Source of the DNA: Macrostomum lignano
Lineage: Eukaryota
Assembly (NCBI GenBank): GCA_002269645.1
Contig: NIVC01001165.1
Location: 344,261-408,260 of the forward strand
DNA length: 64,000 bases
Direction of reading: 5' to 3'
Shown here: positions 1-56,160 of the stretch, one piece after another
How positions within the stretch are numbered: the stretch's first letter is position 1
How the letters are laid out: every line of letters begins with the position of its first letter
Notes under the pieces: generated by a model
The model's database searches: none
What the model saw: only the letters and a program-made list of their open reading frames with translations
What the model was told of the DNA's origin: nothing
Made by a program: the position numbers and the translations under genes

Positions 1-195
1 ATGTCCATCCAGGGGTTCGAAGTCGACCGGGACAGGTTCGGGCACAACCGGTTCGATGTGCTGGTGAACGACCGGATCATCTTCACGCGCACTCTGCGGC
101 CCTACCTGAACACTCCAAGAACGGACGACGTTGTTAGACAGGTGCGCAATCAGTATGGCGGCTCGCCTGTCTTTGAAATTGACCGGTCAAATTAA
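1..195 (+). CDS. 3' coding part of an Rdx-family (MIEN1/SelW-like thioredoxin-fold) protein; N-terminus probably outside the window
   Basis: FDVLVNDRIIFTR...P..DDVVRQVR...G..V..I..S resembles, by eye, the Rdx C-terminal half (FEV.V.G.LI.SK...FP...+++.AI). Codons are GC3-rich and followed by TAA and an AT-rich UTR. The CxxC/U motif is not in the window. Confidence 0.55.
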   Translation: MSIQGFEVDRDRFGHNRFDVLVNDRIIFTRTLRPYLNTPRTDDVVRQVRNQYGGSPVFEIDRSN

Positions 196-851
196 TGACA
201 TTTGTGTAAGAAGATCGAATTAAGTTGGACTTACAGGCTCAAGGTCACGAAACGAACGGAAGGAACGAATCAGTAAAAACAGTTTGAACAATTTAACTTG
301 ATTGGTTTGGCTTGTCGTTTAATATAATGACAATGTATACATACATGTATTTATTTGTTGTAATTTTTTGTGATTACTGCATATTGTTTCCAAATGCTGT
401 ACATTCATAACTCACAATTTAATTTACAAGCGCATAGGAGCGTGCAGTGAAAGGTACCATGCAGTAATTAAGGTTTTACAGTTAAGAAAATTTTGATTGT
501 ATGAACGCCGATCATAAAAAAGACTCATCGGGAGGAACTGCAGAAATTTCTTAGGGCTACGAGTACTGTAGGGAGGGTACGTGTTGAACTTTTAAAGAAT
601 CGCTGTGTCAACACTTTATGATTTATGGGGAAACTGCTAAAGATGTCAAGGGGAATAGCGAGCTGCCAAGTGTCAATCGGGAGTTTTTGGTAGGCCAAGC
701 ATAGGAAGGGACAGTTAGGGGTTAAGCCATGGCTTAAGGAGAAGAATTGATGCTAAAGCTCAAATGGGATGCTGTAATCTTCGGCTAGTAGCTGCACTTT
801 TTGCTTTAAACATAATTTTCCCTAAGAAACTAACAATATACATGAAAATGA

Positions 852-1032
852 ATACGACATCCATACGACATTGCGACATACATACGATGTAAAAACGACG
901 TAGATACAATATCGAAACGACATACATACGACGTCGAAACGATATAAATACGATGTCGAAACGACGTAGTAGGGCGGGGACAAACCACGACGTCGAAACG
1001 ATATCGCAAAACGACGTCGTTTCGACATCGTT
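852..1032. repeat. Degenerate ACGACGTCGAAACGAT-type repeat
   Basis: Repeated acgac/gtcg/aaacgat blocks. Confidence 0.6.
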
Positions 1033-2287
1033 TTTCCCAGTGGGAGTGACGGTGCAAACTCAAAAGCTACATATAGTTTATTAAAAATTCCACTCCTTTC
1101 TAATTGTTGCCTTCCTAACGTGAGCCGCGAAGATAGCTACACTAGCCAGTCACAATTCTAAAATTTGGAGCTTGTGCAAAGGCGACTCGTTTCAATATGA
1201 AATATGTGCAGCACGTTCAAACACGGGAAATATGCAGTATTTAATGAAAAAAGATTTCTTAAATCTGAAAATTAGATTTCTTATCAACAAAGCCATCAAA
1301 TTAGTTTGGTAATGCGTAAGCCACAAAATTATTTGAAACATTTGTCTATAATATATTTGTATTTATAACTGCATGTATTCGCGCTGCTACAGGACCAGTG
1401 CGGTTTGTGAGAGTTCATTTCGTTTTCGAGAAGCAACACGGTGATTTTTGCAATTTTGTATTTTGTTATTGTGCTTCTTGGTTGTAGACGATGCAAAATA
1501 CAAAATGTGTTTAGAGTACAAAGTTCTGCAGAGAGTAAGCAAGATTATGCAATAAATTTCAACAGCAACCGTAAATTATAGCAAAATGAGGCTGCAAGAA
1601 TTAGTTGGTTTGCAAATTTCTATGCAAGAAGCACTCCAAGCAAGCTGATGAATGTGACTGTTTGAGTAGAGTTTGCCAGAGCAGAGTATAGAAAACAATC
1701 TGATAAATTTATTGAGAACAGCTATGAGTAACAAGCAGAGTAAGAACTGTGACTCATGTGAGCGTACCACAGGACAAGTGCAAGCCAAAGGCCTGAGAGA
1801 GCGAATGAGCTTTAAACTTGAGTTAGCCGTGCACTGATATTCGCACTTCTCCCAAACGAGTCGGGCACAAAGCCTGTCTGTCAAAGTTGAATGTAATTTA
1901 GTTTGCAACATCTCGCAATGGAAGCTGGAAGGATTAGCATGGACCGACAGAATCTGCTAGCGGAGATCAACAAGCTGGTACAGTGGCGGTCATTTGGTGC
2001 CAAAAAATAGACTGGGAAAAACGAATTATAAAGCTATCTTCTAATCGTTGGGATGGGCGACCTTTCTATTGTACTTGAATTATTCTTACACAGGACTGAG
2101 TTGCGGAACAAGAGGCCTAATTCTAGCTGTTTAGCTGAACGGGGCTTGCCTAGAAGTACAGTCAGACAACAAGCGTAATTAAATCGGCTGATCTCTCCCG
2201 GATGCATAGTCTTTTCCAGAGACTGAACTCAGCTACAGTGAGAAACTGATCAGCTTAACCGGTGCGTCAAGGAGCAGCAGAGAGTCT

Positions 2288-44835
<42,548 letters not shown>

Positions 44836-44842
44836 CTGTGAA

Positions 44843-44989
44843 TTGGTTGGTTGGTTGGTTGGTTGGTTGGTTGGTTGGTTTGTTGGTTGGTTCGTTGGTT
44901 GGTTGGTTGGTTGGTTGGTTGGTTGGTTGTTTGGTTGTTTGGTTGGTTGGTTGGTTGGTTGGTTGGTTGGTTGGTTGGTTGGTTGGTTG
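44843..44989. repeat. (GGTT)n microsatellite abutting an exon acceptor
   Basis: Visible directly. Confidence 0.93.
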
Positions 44990-45896
44990 ATTTGTAAGGT
45001 CACTCCGCAGCCTAACTAATCCAAAGGTCAATCAATATTTGTCTTCAGTCTAAAAAGTTAGCAGCCAATCTTTTCGCTATACAAAACTACATTTTCCAAG
45101 TTTGCAACTCAAACTACACAATCAACAAAAAATGACTGTCGGAAGTTGCCTCCCCCTAATCCGCTCCAATCAGCTTGATTGCTCTACTAACCTCCGTTGT
45201 CTGCTTTATAATTCATGTTAGTAAAACTTTGCACCGGCCATACTGTTAGTCGAGAACAGGGGCAAAGCACAGAACCCATGCCCAATCACGCACTAGCGAA
45301 TGCCGCTCACCCATTAGCCAGTCTAAGAGCAGAAATCTAATTGGAAATGTCAATCAGTGCTTGCGGTGAAAAAAAACTGGGCAGGCCCTTTGAAAATGCC
45401 TGCAGTTGACAGGCTGGCAGATTTATAGTATCTGTCCATGTTTTGGCCCTGCCTGTACTCTCTGCTTGAGTTACTCAGTTCAGCATCGTCCAGCAGTTTG
45501 TCCAAAGACAATTAGCAGCACACGGACGGCTGTACAAGGGACCCCTAAGCCCGAGACGCTAAGCCAGCAGCTCAGCCAAGGTCGGAGCCTCAATTCGTGC
45601 GTGCGATTTATGCAAATTTCAACTCTTGCCAATTTTTTCTCTTGCCAAATTTGAACCGATCCGGCGACTCCACAGAGCCGCGCTGTTCTCACCGCGGTTC
45701 TCTGCGATGGACTGACGCGCTCCGCACTTCATGCCGACTTTTTAGTTATTTAATCAACTAAGTCAGTAAAAGTGCATTGACCGGATTAGCTTATAGGTCC
45801 TACTAGAGCAGGTTCTGATCCATATAGAGTGCAGAACGCAATAACAGCTGATGCCACTTTAGACACTTTAGAACCGAATGACATTTAATTTTGCAC

Positions 45897-47440
45897 CTGG
45901 ACTCTAATCTGGACTCTAACTTTAACATTTGGACTCTCACTGTAGCATCTGGACTCTCACTTTAGCATCTGGACTCTCAGTTTAACATCTGGACTGTCAC
46001 TTTAGCATCTGGACTCTCACTTTAGCATCTGGACTCTCACTTTAGCATCTGGACTCTCACTTTAGCATCTGGACTCTCACTTTAGCATCTGGACTCTCAC
46101 TTTAACATCTGGACTCTCACTTTAACATCTGGACTCTCACTTTAGCATCTGGACTGTCACTTTAGCATCTGGACTCTCAGTTTAACAGCTGGACTCTCAC
46201 TTTAGCATCTGGACTCTCACTTTAGCATCTGGACTCTCACTTTAGCATCTGGACTCTCACTTTAGCATCTGGACTCTCACTTTCACATCTGGACTCTCAG
46301 TTTAGCATCTGGATTCTCAGTTCAGCATCTGGACTCTCACTTTAGCATCTGGACTGTCACTTTAGCATCTGGACTCTCACTTTAGCATCTGGACTCTCAC
46401 TTTAGCATCTGGACTCTCACTTTAGCATCTGGACTCTCACTTTAACATCTGGACTCTCACTTTCACATCTGGACTCTCACTTTAGCATCTGGACTCTCAC
46501 TTTAGCATCTGGACTCTCACTTTAGCATCTGGACTCTCACTTTAGCATCTGGACTCTCACTTTAGCATCTGGACTCTCACTTTAGCATCTGGACTCTCAC
46601 TTTAACATCTGGACTCTCACTTTAGCATCTGGACTCTCACTTTAGCATCTGGACTCTCACTTTAGCATCTGGACTCTCAGTTTAACATCTGGACTCTCAC
46701 TTTAACATCTGGACTCTCACTTTCACATCTGGACTCTCACTTTAGCATCTGGACTCTCACTTTAGCATCTGGACTCTCAGTTTAACAGCTGGACTCTCAC
46801 TTTAGCATCTGGACTCTCACTTTAGCATCTGGACTCTCACTTTAGCATCTGGACTCTCAGTTTAGCATCTGGACTCTCACTTTCACATCTGGACTCTCAG
46901 TTTAGCATCTGGATTCTCAGTTCAGCATCTGGACTCTCACTTTAGCATCTGGACTGTCACTTTAACATCTGGACTCTCACTTTAACATCTGGACTCTCAC
47001 TTTAGCATCTGGACTCTCACTTTAGCACCTGGACTCTCACTTTAACATCTGGACTCTCACTTTCACATCTGGACTCTCAGTTTAGCATCTGGACTCTCAC
47101 TTTAGCATCTGGACTCTCACTTTAGCATCTGGACTCTCACTTTAGCATATGGACTCTCACTTTAGCATCTGGACTCTCACTTTAGCATCTGGACTCTCAC
47201 TTTAACATCTGGACTCTCACTTTCACATCTGGACTCTCACTTTAGCATCTGGACTCTCACTTTAGCATCTGGACTCTCAGTTTAGCATCTGGACTCTCAC
47301 TTTAGCATCTGGAATCTCACTTTAGCATCTGGACTCTCACTTTAGCATCTGGACTCTCACTTTCACATCTGGACTCTCATTGGAATACCTGGACTCTCAT
47401 TTAAACACCTGGACTCTATCCATTGAACTCCTGGACTCTC
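45897..47440. repeat. 20-bp satellite TCTGGACTCTCACTTTAGCA, about 75 copies
   Basis: Visible directly. Confidence 0.97.
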
Positions 47441-49024
47441 ACTTAAACACCTTTTTACATAATTGAAAGCAATTTTTTCAGTTCTATGCAGAGTGCGAAG
47501 CAGAATTAGAAATTATGCTCTGCAATAGGAGCACATGGAGAGCAGTATAGTACTGAACATCTGTGAGGCTGTATATTAAGGAAGCTCATTTTCACAATGC
47601 CGTCGCTTCCGCTCCGGGATTGATTCGGCGAGATCCGGGAAGGGCTTAGGCCTCGCTTTCTTTCACCCGCCTCATTTCTCTCTTCCCTCCATTTCGCCTT
47701 CCTGCGAACGTGATGAGGAAGATCGAGGATCTCTGCTCGCCCAGAATCTTTCCCATGTCTTCATCACTCCAGCCTCAGCCGAGGTAGTGCTGTTGTCGTT
47801 TTCAATTACCAATTGATGCGGCTTAACAGAAGAGGGGCGAGGCTGGAGGATTGAGAGGAAAATGAGAGAGCTGGGTGGCGAGAAGGATGCTGATGTCTAG
47901 AGGAGCTAAACTGGAACTATTAGCGCTGTTTCTATCAACCAAGCCGGGTCTTTAATTAATTTTTTCAACTAAAAAGGCAGGAAACTTGCTTATTAAAAAA
48001 CTAGAGACCAACGGGCAGCATGAAATAGGAAGCTCGCACAGCAAGGAGGCAGTAAATAACTGCATCCTTAGCTGCCTTTACCCCGCAATCCATCCAATGG
48101 CTCCTCCTTGCAGTTATAATATACACTTTTTGCCGAAGCATTCTCGCAACCTCCGCCCCGCGAAAGCTCAGCAAAGTCGCTAATTGTCACTAATCCGCGA
48201 ATTTTTCTGAGAAGCGCAGAGACAGGAAAGAGAGAGAGAGATGAAGGGCCTGAGCACTAGTTCAGCTAGTCGTGTCTTCCGACTCAAGCCCATGGCAACT
48301 ACGGATATACGGGAATAATCTTTCTGGTGCGTTATTTCGTAGAAGCTCTCACATTTTTGCTCCTGGAGTTCGCGGCTGGCTCGGGCCTACAGTGTAGCAT
48401 TGCTACAGTTTTATGGGCCCGGCCAGTTTATCAGCGCGTCGGCTTGCTTTCTAGCTGAGGTTGGGGAGGGGGTGCCGCGGAAGTAGTCAAAGCAGGCAAT
48501 TCGTTAGGGAACTCCCGGCCTATTCGGTAACCGAATAGGAAAGCTGCGACGTAGCTATGAACCAATTCTAATACATTCATACTAGGATAAGCCTCGATGC
48601 TTGTAGAGCTACTCACGGATTACGCGTACACCTCCGACAGCAAAAAATATAGTAGTCAGTAATTGTTTCATAACACATTTTTGATACATAAAATGCCACC
48701 CACTGCAGCCTATTTGACTCCCGGCTTGACATCTGAATAAACATTTTTGACTAGTTCCCGCTCAAAGTACTAAATTTTAGTGATGAAAAACTTGAATCTT
48801 AAACAACGCATTCAGCAACATCGTGAAACAACCAACGCCGAGGCAATTCTGCCCATTTCGCCGACTCCTAAGCACCAATACTGTACGCAGGCACCCACTT
48901 ATACATACGCTCACACAGGGTGTACAGCGGCCCTGACTTTATAATCGTCAGGCATGTACACTCTCTCTGTGCTTTGGGGAGTTGACCCTCTCGGTCAGTT
49001 CTCAGCCAAGCTCCGAATGAATGT

Positions 49025-49072
49025 GACCGCTCACGGAATCGAACCAGGGTCTCCCGCTGGTCTCCCGCTGAG
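49025..49072 (-). pseudogene. tRNA 3'-half-like fragment
   Basis: GCGGGAGACCCTGGTTCGATTCC resembles the variable loop and T-arm of tRNA-Asp/Gly; an 11-bp segment is duplicated. Confidence 0.35.
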
Positions 49073-49147
49073 CTGCTCCGTCCCTTGTTCGGTTTCGGTT
49101 ATTTTAGTCGTGTTGCTTTTTATACCTCTTATATAAAGGTTATATAC

Positions 49148-49573
49148 CTCAGCGCACTCGCAGGGAGTGGCCCGACAGTCGCGCCGTCGCAGCACGCACT
49201 TCGGCCGAGTGTGCCGGATCTTCCTGAAGCCCTCCGAGGTGGTCGTGATGATCGAGGAGCTCGGCGAGGACAGGCCACAGTCCGGCTCTGCTTTGCTAGC
49301 GACGGTGGCTGCCCCTGGCGCGTCTGACTCTTCGTTGGGGATCTCCTCGAGTCGTTTGGGTCGCAGTTTCATCTGAGCACTCGAGCTTGGTGTCTCCATG
49401 GTGACAGTCAGGATTGACTGGCGTCGACGTTCGACCTCTCGACGCCGGTGCCAGAGCAGCCCCATGGCGGCCACAGCGCTGACCCCAGCGACATCGTTGA
49501 CGTCCTCGGCCAGCATGGATCGCTTGCGACTGGCAGCGCCGGCCTCGGGCGAGGGAGCGCCGTGGACAGACAT
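49148..49573 (-). CDS. Candidate 5' coding exon of the PDZ gene (non-PDZ, low-complexity N-terminus)
   Basis: gccATG, 142 GC-rich codons, donor GAG|gtatat in phase 0 compatible with the acceptor at 44835. It may instead be entered through a phase-1 acceptor near 49600. Confidence 0.55.
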
Positions 49574-51069
49574 GGCGAATCGCCTCCGAGCATCTCCTGC
49601 TGCTGATTCTTCTTTGAGGGGCCGCCAAAGCGGCGAGAAAAGCAGTGCAAATTTGTGCGGGCAAAACACAGAGAAGAAACCGCAGATGAGGCCCAGAGAG
49701 TGGCAGCCTCGGACTCAGCGAATCACAGCTCTGCTCGGTTGAAGCGATGAATGAGCAGTTCAGTTCGAATGCAGCCGAGCGTGCTCATTGCTGCTCAATC
49801 TGCCAATCTTATTATCCTTCAATTCTTTAGTGCCGATCGTTTGGGCCTCGCAAAGTTGCTTTCTTGTTGTTTTTTTGCCAGATAATCTGCCAAGGCAACG
49901 GAAGATTCTCGGGCTTGTTCTCAACTTTCTACTCAGGTTTAGCCGGATGAGGCCGAGCAAAACGGCAGGACGAGAAAGCCGATGCGATGAAAATTCTGCT
50001 TGGTAAAATAACGGATGAGCGAGCAGAGAATGGCTGAGTCAAGGAATTGAATTCGTCCCAGGCCTCTTCAAACCGCTGGGTGGCCGGCGAATCCATATTG
50101 GCTGCTCGGGATTCAATTCGGCTGAAGATGCTTGCTCCGAATTTATCGATTGTTACTCAGAGCAGCGCGAGACTCGGTAACGTCTCTACGTCTGGCTGCG
50201 ATGGTGGATGTTGGTGTACAGGGCGAACCAGACAGAGCCGTCAGAATTTTCCGAACAGCTCTGAAGCCTGTCGCCAAAGTTCTTTGTGTTAGCATGTTCG
50301 CAAGAAGTTCGCGAGAGTCGAACTCACTTTGATTTGGCACAATGGGGCCAATCATCAGGCCATTTTTTACCCAAGCTCAAAATCAATACGGCTATGTTGC
50401 GTTCGCTGCAAATGCCTTGAAACGTGTTCATGTAAGCCTAAATCCATTGAGGCGGCGTCAGTGTTGTCTGCCTGTTCAGAAACGTTATTAATGTCCGTTA
50501 TCGCCTACTGCTAGTAAAAAGTTTTAAATTTCTTGCATCCGAAAGTCTGCACAGCACATAACCAGGAACAGATTGATACAATAGGAATTTCGAAAAAGCA
50601 TAAAATTCCGAAGGTGAACAGAATCTGCAGACCTTTGGTCCACAGTTTTTTGTCTGTCTTTCTCAGCAAATAAGTTTTTGCTCAGATTCGATTGTTTGAT
50701 CGGGAAACGATTGCCTTCCAGTGGATTGAACTCCCTGCAGCTAACAGCAGGCCCGAGGGGCAGTAAGGGCCCGTCAATATTTGCCTGCACTCGTCATCTT
50801 TGGCTTCCCAGCTTCAGGGATTCAAGTCTGCTCTCAAAACCCTGCTGTCTTGAGTCTCGCGGAGCGCATCCCGCTGGCAAACAGGCCTGGAGTCCTCCCA
50901 TTACACATGGCCTGTCCTGCTCATTTGAATAATGCCAGACCCCTCCCAGATTTGATGGGGCTCGCCAGCCAAGCCTGGTAAAGTTCTTTTAACAAAATCT
51001 TAATTGGATCTTTTGATCTGATCTTTGCTGCGATTTGCTTGCGTTCTTTGGGCCCCCGATCTGAGATCT

Positions 51070-51825
51070 GAGATGAACTCACTCATGAAGTCACTCATAA
51101 ACTCACTCATGAACTCACTCATGAACTCACTCATGAACTCACTCATGAACTCACTCATGAACTCACTCATGAACTCACTCATGAACTCACTCATGAACTC
51201 ACTCATGAACTCACTCATGAACTCACTCATGAACTCACTCATGAACTCACTCATGAACTCACTCATAAACTCACTCATGAACTCACTCATGAATTTAATC
51301 ATGACCTCACTCATGAACTCACTCATGAACTCACTCATGAACTCACTCATGAACTCACTCATGAACTCACTCATGAACTCAATCATGAACTCACTCATGA
51401 ACACACTTATGAACTCACTCATGAACTCACTCATGAACTCACTCATGAACTCACTCATGAACTCACTCATGAACTCACTCATGAAGTCACTCATGAAGTC
51501 ACTCATGAACTCACTCATGAACTCACTCATGAACTCACTCATGAACTCACTCATGAACTCACTCATGAAGTCACTCATGAACTCACTCATGAACTCACTC
51601 ATGAACTCACTCATGAAGTCACTCATGAACTCACTCATGAACTCACTCATGAACTCACTCATGAACTCACTAATGAACTCACTCATGAACTCACTCATGA
51701 ACTCACTCATGAACTCACTCATGAACTCACTCATGAACTCACTCATGAACTCACTCATTAACTCACTCATGAACTCAATCATGACCTCACTTATGAACTC
51801 ACTCATGAAGTCACTCATGAACTCC
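51070..51825. repeat. 12-bp satellite ATGAACTCACTC, array 3
   Basis: About 63 units, same orientation as arrays 1 and 2. Confidence 0.95.
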
Positions 51826-52204
51826 TTCATTGGTATCGCAAAGCCCCGACTTCAATACCCGGAACGGATTAGTATGGGTATCTGGCCACTAGTCATAAAA
51901 ATAATAACCTCAGACTCGCAGCCCTGTCTGCTCTTCATCTTGAAAGAGGAAAGTCATGAATAATGAAGAGCTGATGAAGCATCCTTACTTGCTTTATTTC
52001 TAATTTTCCTTTTTCATATACGCATCGAAGCGCAGATTGTGAGGATCGTGACCCACAGTGATCCTTAGTATTTCTCATTACGATGCTCCAGTCATTCTTT
52101 TCAATTTTCGTGTGACAAAATTTTCCATAAATGAGTAAAAATGCGGGCTTCTCGAAGCTGGGAAAAGTGGACAAAGGACACAGGGAACTGAGTAGAAGGG
52201 CGAA

Positions 52205-52780
52205 GGAAGGGGATAGGAAGGAAAAGGGAGTGGGGAGAGGAAAAGAGAGGAGTGGAGAGAGAGGAGAGGGAAGAGAGAGAAGGGGAGAGAGGAGACGGGG
52301 AGAGGAGAGGGAAGAGGGAAGAGGGAAGAGGGGAGAATGGAGACAGGAGAGGGAGAGAAGAGAGGGAGAGAGGGAGAGGGAGGAGAGAGGAGAGATGTAG
52401 AGGGAAAGAGAAGATGAAGAGAGGAGAGGGGAGAGGAAGAGGGAAATTGGGAAGAGCAAAATGGAGTGGCAGAGAGAAGGGAGAGTGGAGAGGGAGGGGT
52501 GAGGGGAGACAGGAGAGGGAGAGAGGAGAGGGAAAGAGGAGAAGGGAAAGAGGAGAAGGGAGAGGGGAGAAGGGAAAGAGGAGAAGGGAAAGAGGAGAAG
52601 GGAGAGGGGAGAAGGGAAAGAGGAGAAGGGAAAGAGGAGAAGGGAAAGAGGAGAAGGGAGAGAGGAGAAGGGAAAGGAGAGAGGAGAGAGAGAGAGAGGA
52701 GAGGGAGAGAGGGGAGAGAGGACAGGGGAGAGGGAGAGAGAGAGAGGAGAGTGAGAGAGGACAGGGGAGAGGGAGAGAGG
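52205..52780. repeat. GA-rich polypurine tract
   Basis: Almost entirely G/A for about 570 nt. Confidence 0.9.
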
Positions 52781-53334
52781 CGAGACTGATTATCTATATA
52801 AATTCCAGTTATCCAGGGACAAACCGCTGGTACTCAAACAGCGGGCAGATGCACCGAGCGCATCAAGTGCATTCGTGAGAAATTTGATTCTTTCCGATAT
52901 CAGGATGATATCTCCTTACTTTTTGGTGAATGTGAGTGTAAGGCTGGACTGAAGGGAGATTTCGCTGTCCCTGGAGACATGCACTTATGGAAAGCAGATA
53001 TTTTTTAAGCTCATGCATCCTATTCTGCACGGGAGCTCCCCGTGCTCATTGGAGCGGCTGCTATGGGAGAAAATTCAATAATGCTTGACTGGGATGCATT
53101 GGCGCGTTTCAACGATTGGGGCGCGACTCGGAATTTGAGCACACCGAAGCGAGCTAACTGGGATGAAGGAGTGTCTTCTACTGCCACGGTGAGTACTCGG
53201 GAAAATACTTTTGTACAGCATTGGCGCCTCGACTTTTAAGCAGCGGCTTGAGCACTAGTGAATACACATGTAGTTGCATGTACTATTGGCTTTGAATTAT
53301 AACACCCACTGAGAATTGACAGGGTGAGAACAGG

Positions 53335-54295
53335 CATGCTAAGATTAGACATGGTGAGAACAGACATGCTGAGAACAGACATGCTGAGAACAGACATGCT
53401 GAGAACAGACATGCTGAGAACAGACATGCTGAGAACAGACATGCTGAGAACAGACATGGTGAGAACAGACATGTTGAGAACAGACATGCTGAGAACAGAC
53501 ATGGTGAGAACAGACATGGTGAGAACAGACATGGTGAGAACAGACATGGTGAGAACAGACATGGTGAGAACAGACATGGTGAGAACAGACATGGTGAGAA
53601 CAGACATGGTGAGAACAGACATGGTGAGAACAGACATGGTGAGAACAGACATGCTGAGAACAGACATGCTGAGAACAGACATGCTGAGAACAGACATGCT
53701 GAGAACAGACATGTTGAGAATAGACATGCTGAGAACAGACATGCTGAGAACAGACATGTTGAGAATAGACATGCTGAGAACAGACATGCTGGGAACAGAC
53801 ATGCTGAGAACAGACATGTTGAGAACAGACATGCTGAGAACAGACATGCTGAGAATAGACATGCTGAGAACAGACATGCTGAGAACAGACATGTTGAGAA
53901 TAGACATGCTGAGAACAGACATGCTGAGAACAGACATGCTGAGAATAGACATGCTGAGAACAGACATGCTGAGAACAGACATGCTGAGAATAGACATGCT
54001 GAGAACAGACATGCTGAGAACAGACATGCTGAGAATAGACATGCTGAGAACAGACATGCTGAGAACAGACATGGTGAGAACAGACATGGTGAGAACAGAC
54101 ATGTTGAGAACAGACATGCTGAGAACAGACATGCTGAGAACAGACATGCTGAGAACAGACATGCTGAGAACAGACATGCTGAGAACAGACATGCTGAGAA
54201 TAGACATGCTGAGAACAGACATGGTGAGAACAGACATGTTGAGAACAGACATGCTGAGAACAGACATGCTGAGAACAGACATGCTGAGAACAGAA
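53335..54295. repeat. 15-bp satellite GAGAACAGACATGCT, about 64 copies
   Basis: Visible directly. Confidence 0.97.
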
Positions 54296-54824
54296 ATCTC
54301 CCCAGAAAAGGCGGCCAGTTTTAACTGCACTTGGCGGATCGCACTCGACCGCGGCGTGGCCACGGACACTTTCTATCCCATGCAGCGAGAAGCAGTGCTC
54401 AAGTAAAAGTTCCCCTCCCCCAGTGGGCTCTGGCTAAGGGAGGGAGAAGAGCTGAGCAACTCAAATTGCTTCCACGATGCGCTGCTTCTCTGCCTGAACC
54501 CCCCTGACACTGATTGATCGCCCCCACAGTGTCTGGAATCCCGCAGGATCCGCTCTCTCTCTCTCTCTCTCCATCCCATCTCGAATTTCTGTTTCCTGCT
54601 TACTTCCAGCAGTCCGCCCTCCATTTCCTCTTGTCCACTTCCTCAACTGCTTGCCTCGGAAGTCTTCTTTTACAGTTTCAATTTCTGGCTTTTTTTATTC
54701 CGATTTTATTGTTGCTGTGCCCAGATTTGCTTGCTCTGAGATGCTCATAATTATTTAAGATCAATTGATTATTTTTTGTTTTAGGAGTTTATCTAATCCT
54801 TATTGTCCCTCTTCTCTCCGGCAC

Positions 54825-55365
54825 TCTTCTCGCCGTCACACTTCTAGCTGTCACTCTTTTTTTCCTCACACTTCTCGCCGACACACTTCTCGCTGTCACA
54901 CTTCTCGCTGTCACACTTCTCGCTGTCACACTTCTCGCTGTCACACTTCTCGCTGTCACACTTCTCGCTGTCACACTTCTCGCCGTCACACACTTCTCGC
55001 CGTCACACACTTCTCGCCGTCACACTTCTCGCCGTCACACTTCTTCTCGCCGTCACACTTCTCCCCGTCACACTTCTCGCCGTCACACACTTCTCGCCGT
55101 CACACACTTCTCGCCGTCACACACTTCTCGCCGTCACACTTCTCGCCGTCACACTTCTTCTCGCCGTCACACTTCTCGCCGCCACGCTTCTCGCCGTCAC
55201 ACTTCTCGCCGTCGCACTTCTTCTCGCCGTCACACACTTCTCGCCGTCACACTTCTTCTCGCCGTCATACTTCTCGCCGTCACACTTCTCGCCGTCACAC
55301 ACTTCTCGCCGTCACACACTTCTCGCCGTCACGCTTCTCGCCGTCACACTTCTCCTCGCCGTCAC
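54825..55365. repeat. 15-18-bp repeat CTTCTCGCCGTCACA
   Basis: Visible directly. Confidence 0.92.
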
Positions 55366-55832
55366 TCTACTGTCTCACTGTCACCAGCGTTTGCTTTCAG
55401 TTATTTTCCGTTAATAATAGCCACATTAACAACAACTAACCGCTTGCAAATAAAAGTACAAATTTATCAGCCAGTGACTTCTTTCTGGTCAGGAAAGGTG
55501 CCAATGGCACTCCTGCAAGCTGTCTGCAGAAAGATTTCCAATACCTAATTTGTTTTTTTCTGGCAAGAAAGCAAACCCAAGTCGCGCTGACTGAGAGTTT
55601 GATGCCTGAATCAGGATCTGGTATTTGAAGATAGGAAGAAGTGATAAGCGCTATCCGCCTGGCGCACACCTTGCCAGCCACTTCTGGCTCTGGCGAGGCC
55701 CCGAAAACACTGCGTGTGTTTTTTCACACGATGCGAGAGCGCTGCAATCAGGCTGAAGCTTTCAGGACTGGCTGGGGATGCTGAGGCTGATGAAGTGCAA
55801 ATCTGCACTTTAGGGAATTCTGATTTGGGTAT

Positions 55833-56160
<328 letters not shown>

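Noticed and set aside
1500-2200. Short protein-like plus-strand frames downstream of the PDZ stop
   Set aside because: They are frequently interrupted by stops and unrecognisable; more simply 3' UTR or decayed sequence.
45480-45692. GC-rich open frames on both strands upstream of the PDZ2 exon
   Set aside because: Stops occur in the candidate frames and there is no compatible splice pair.
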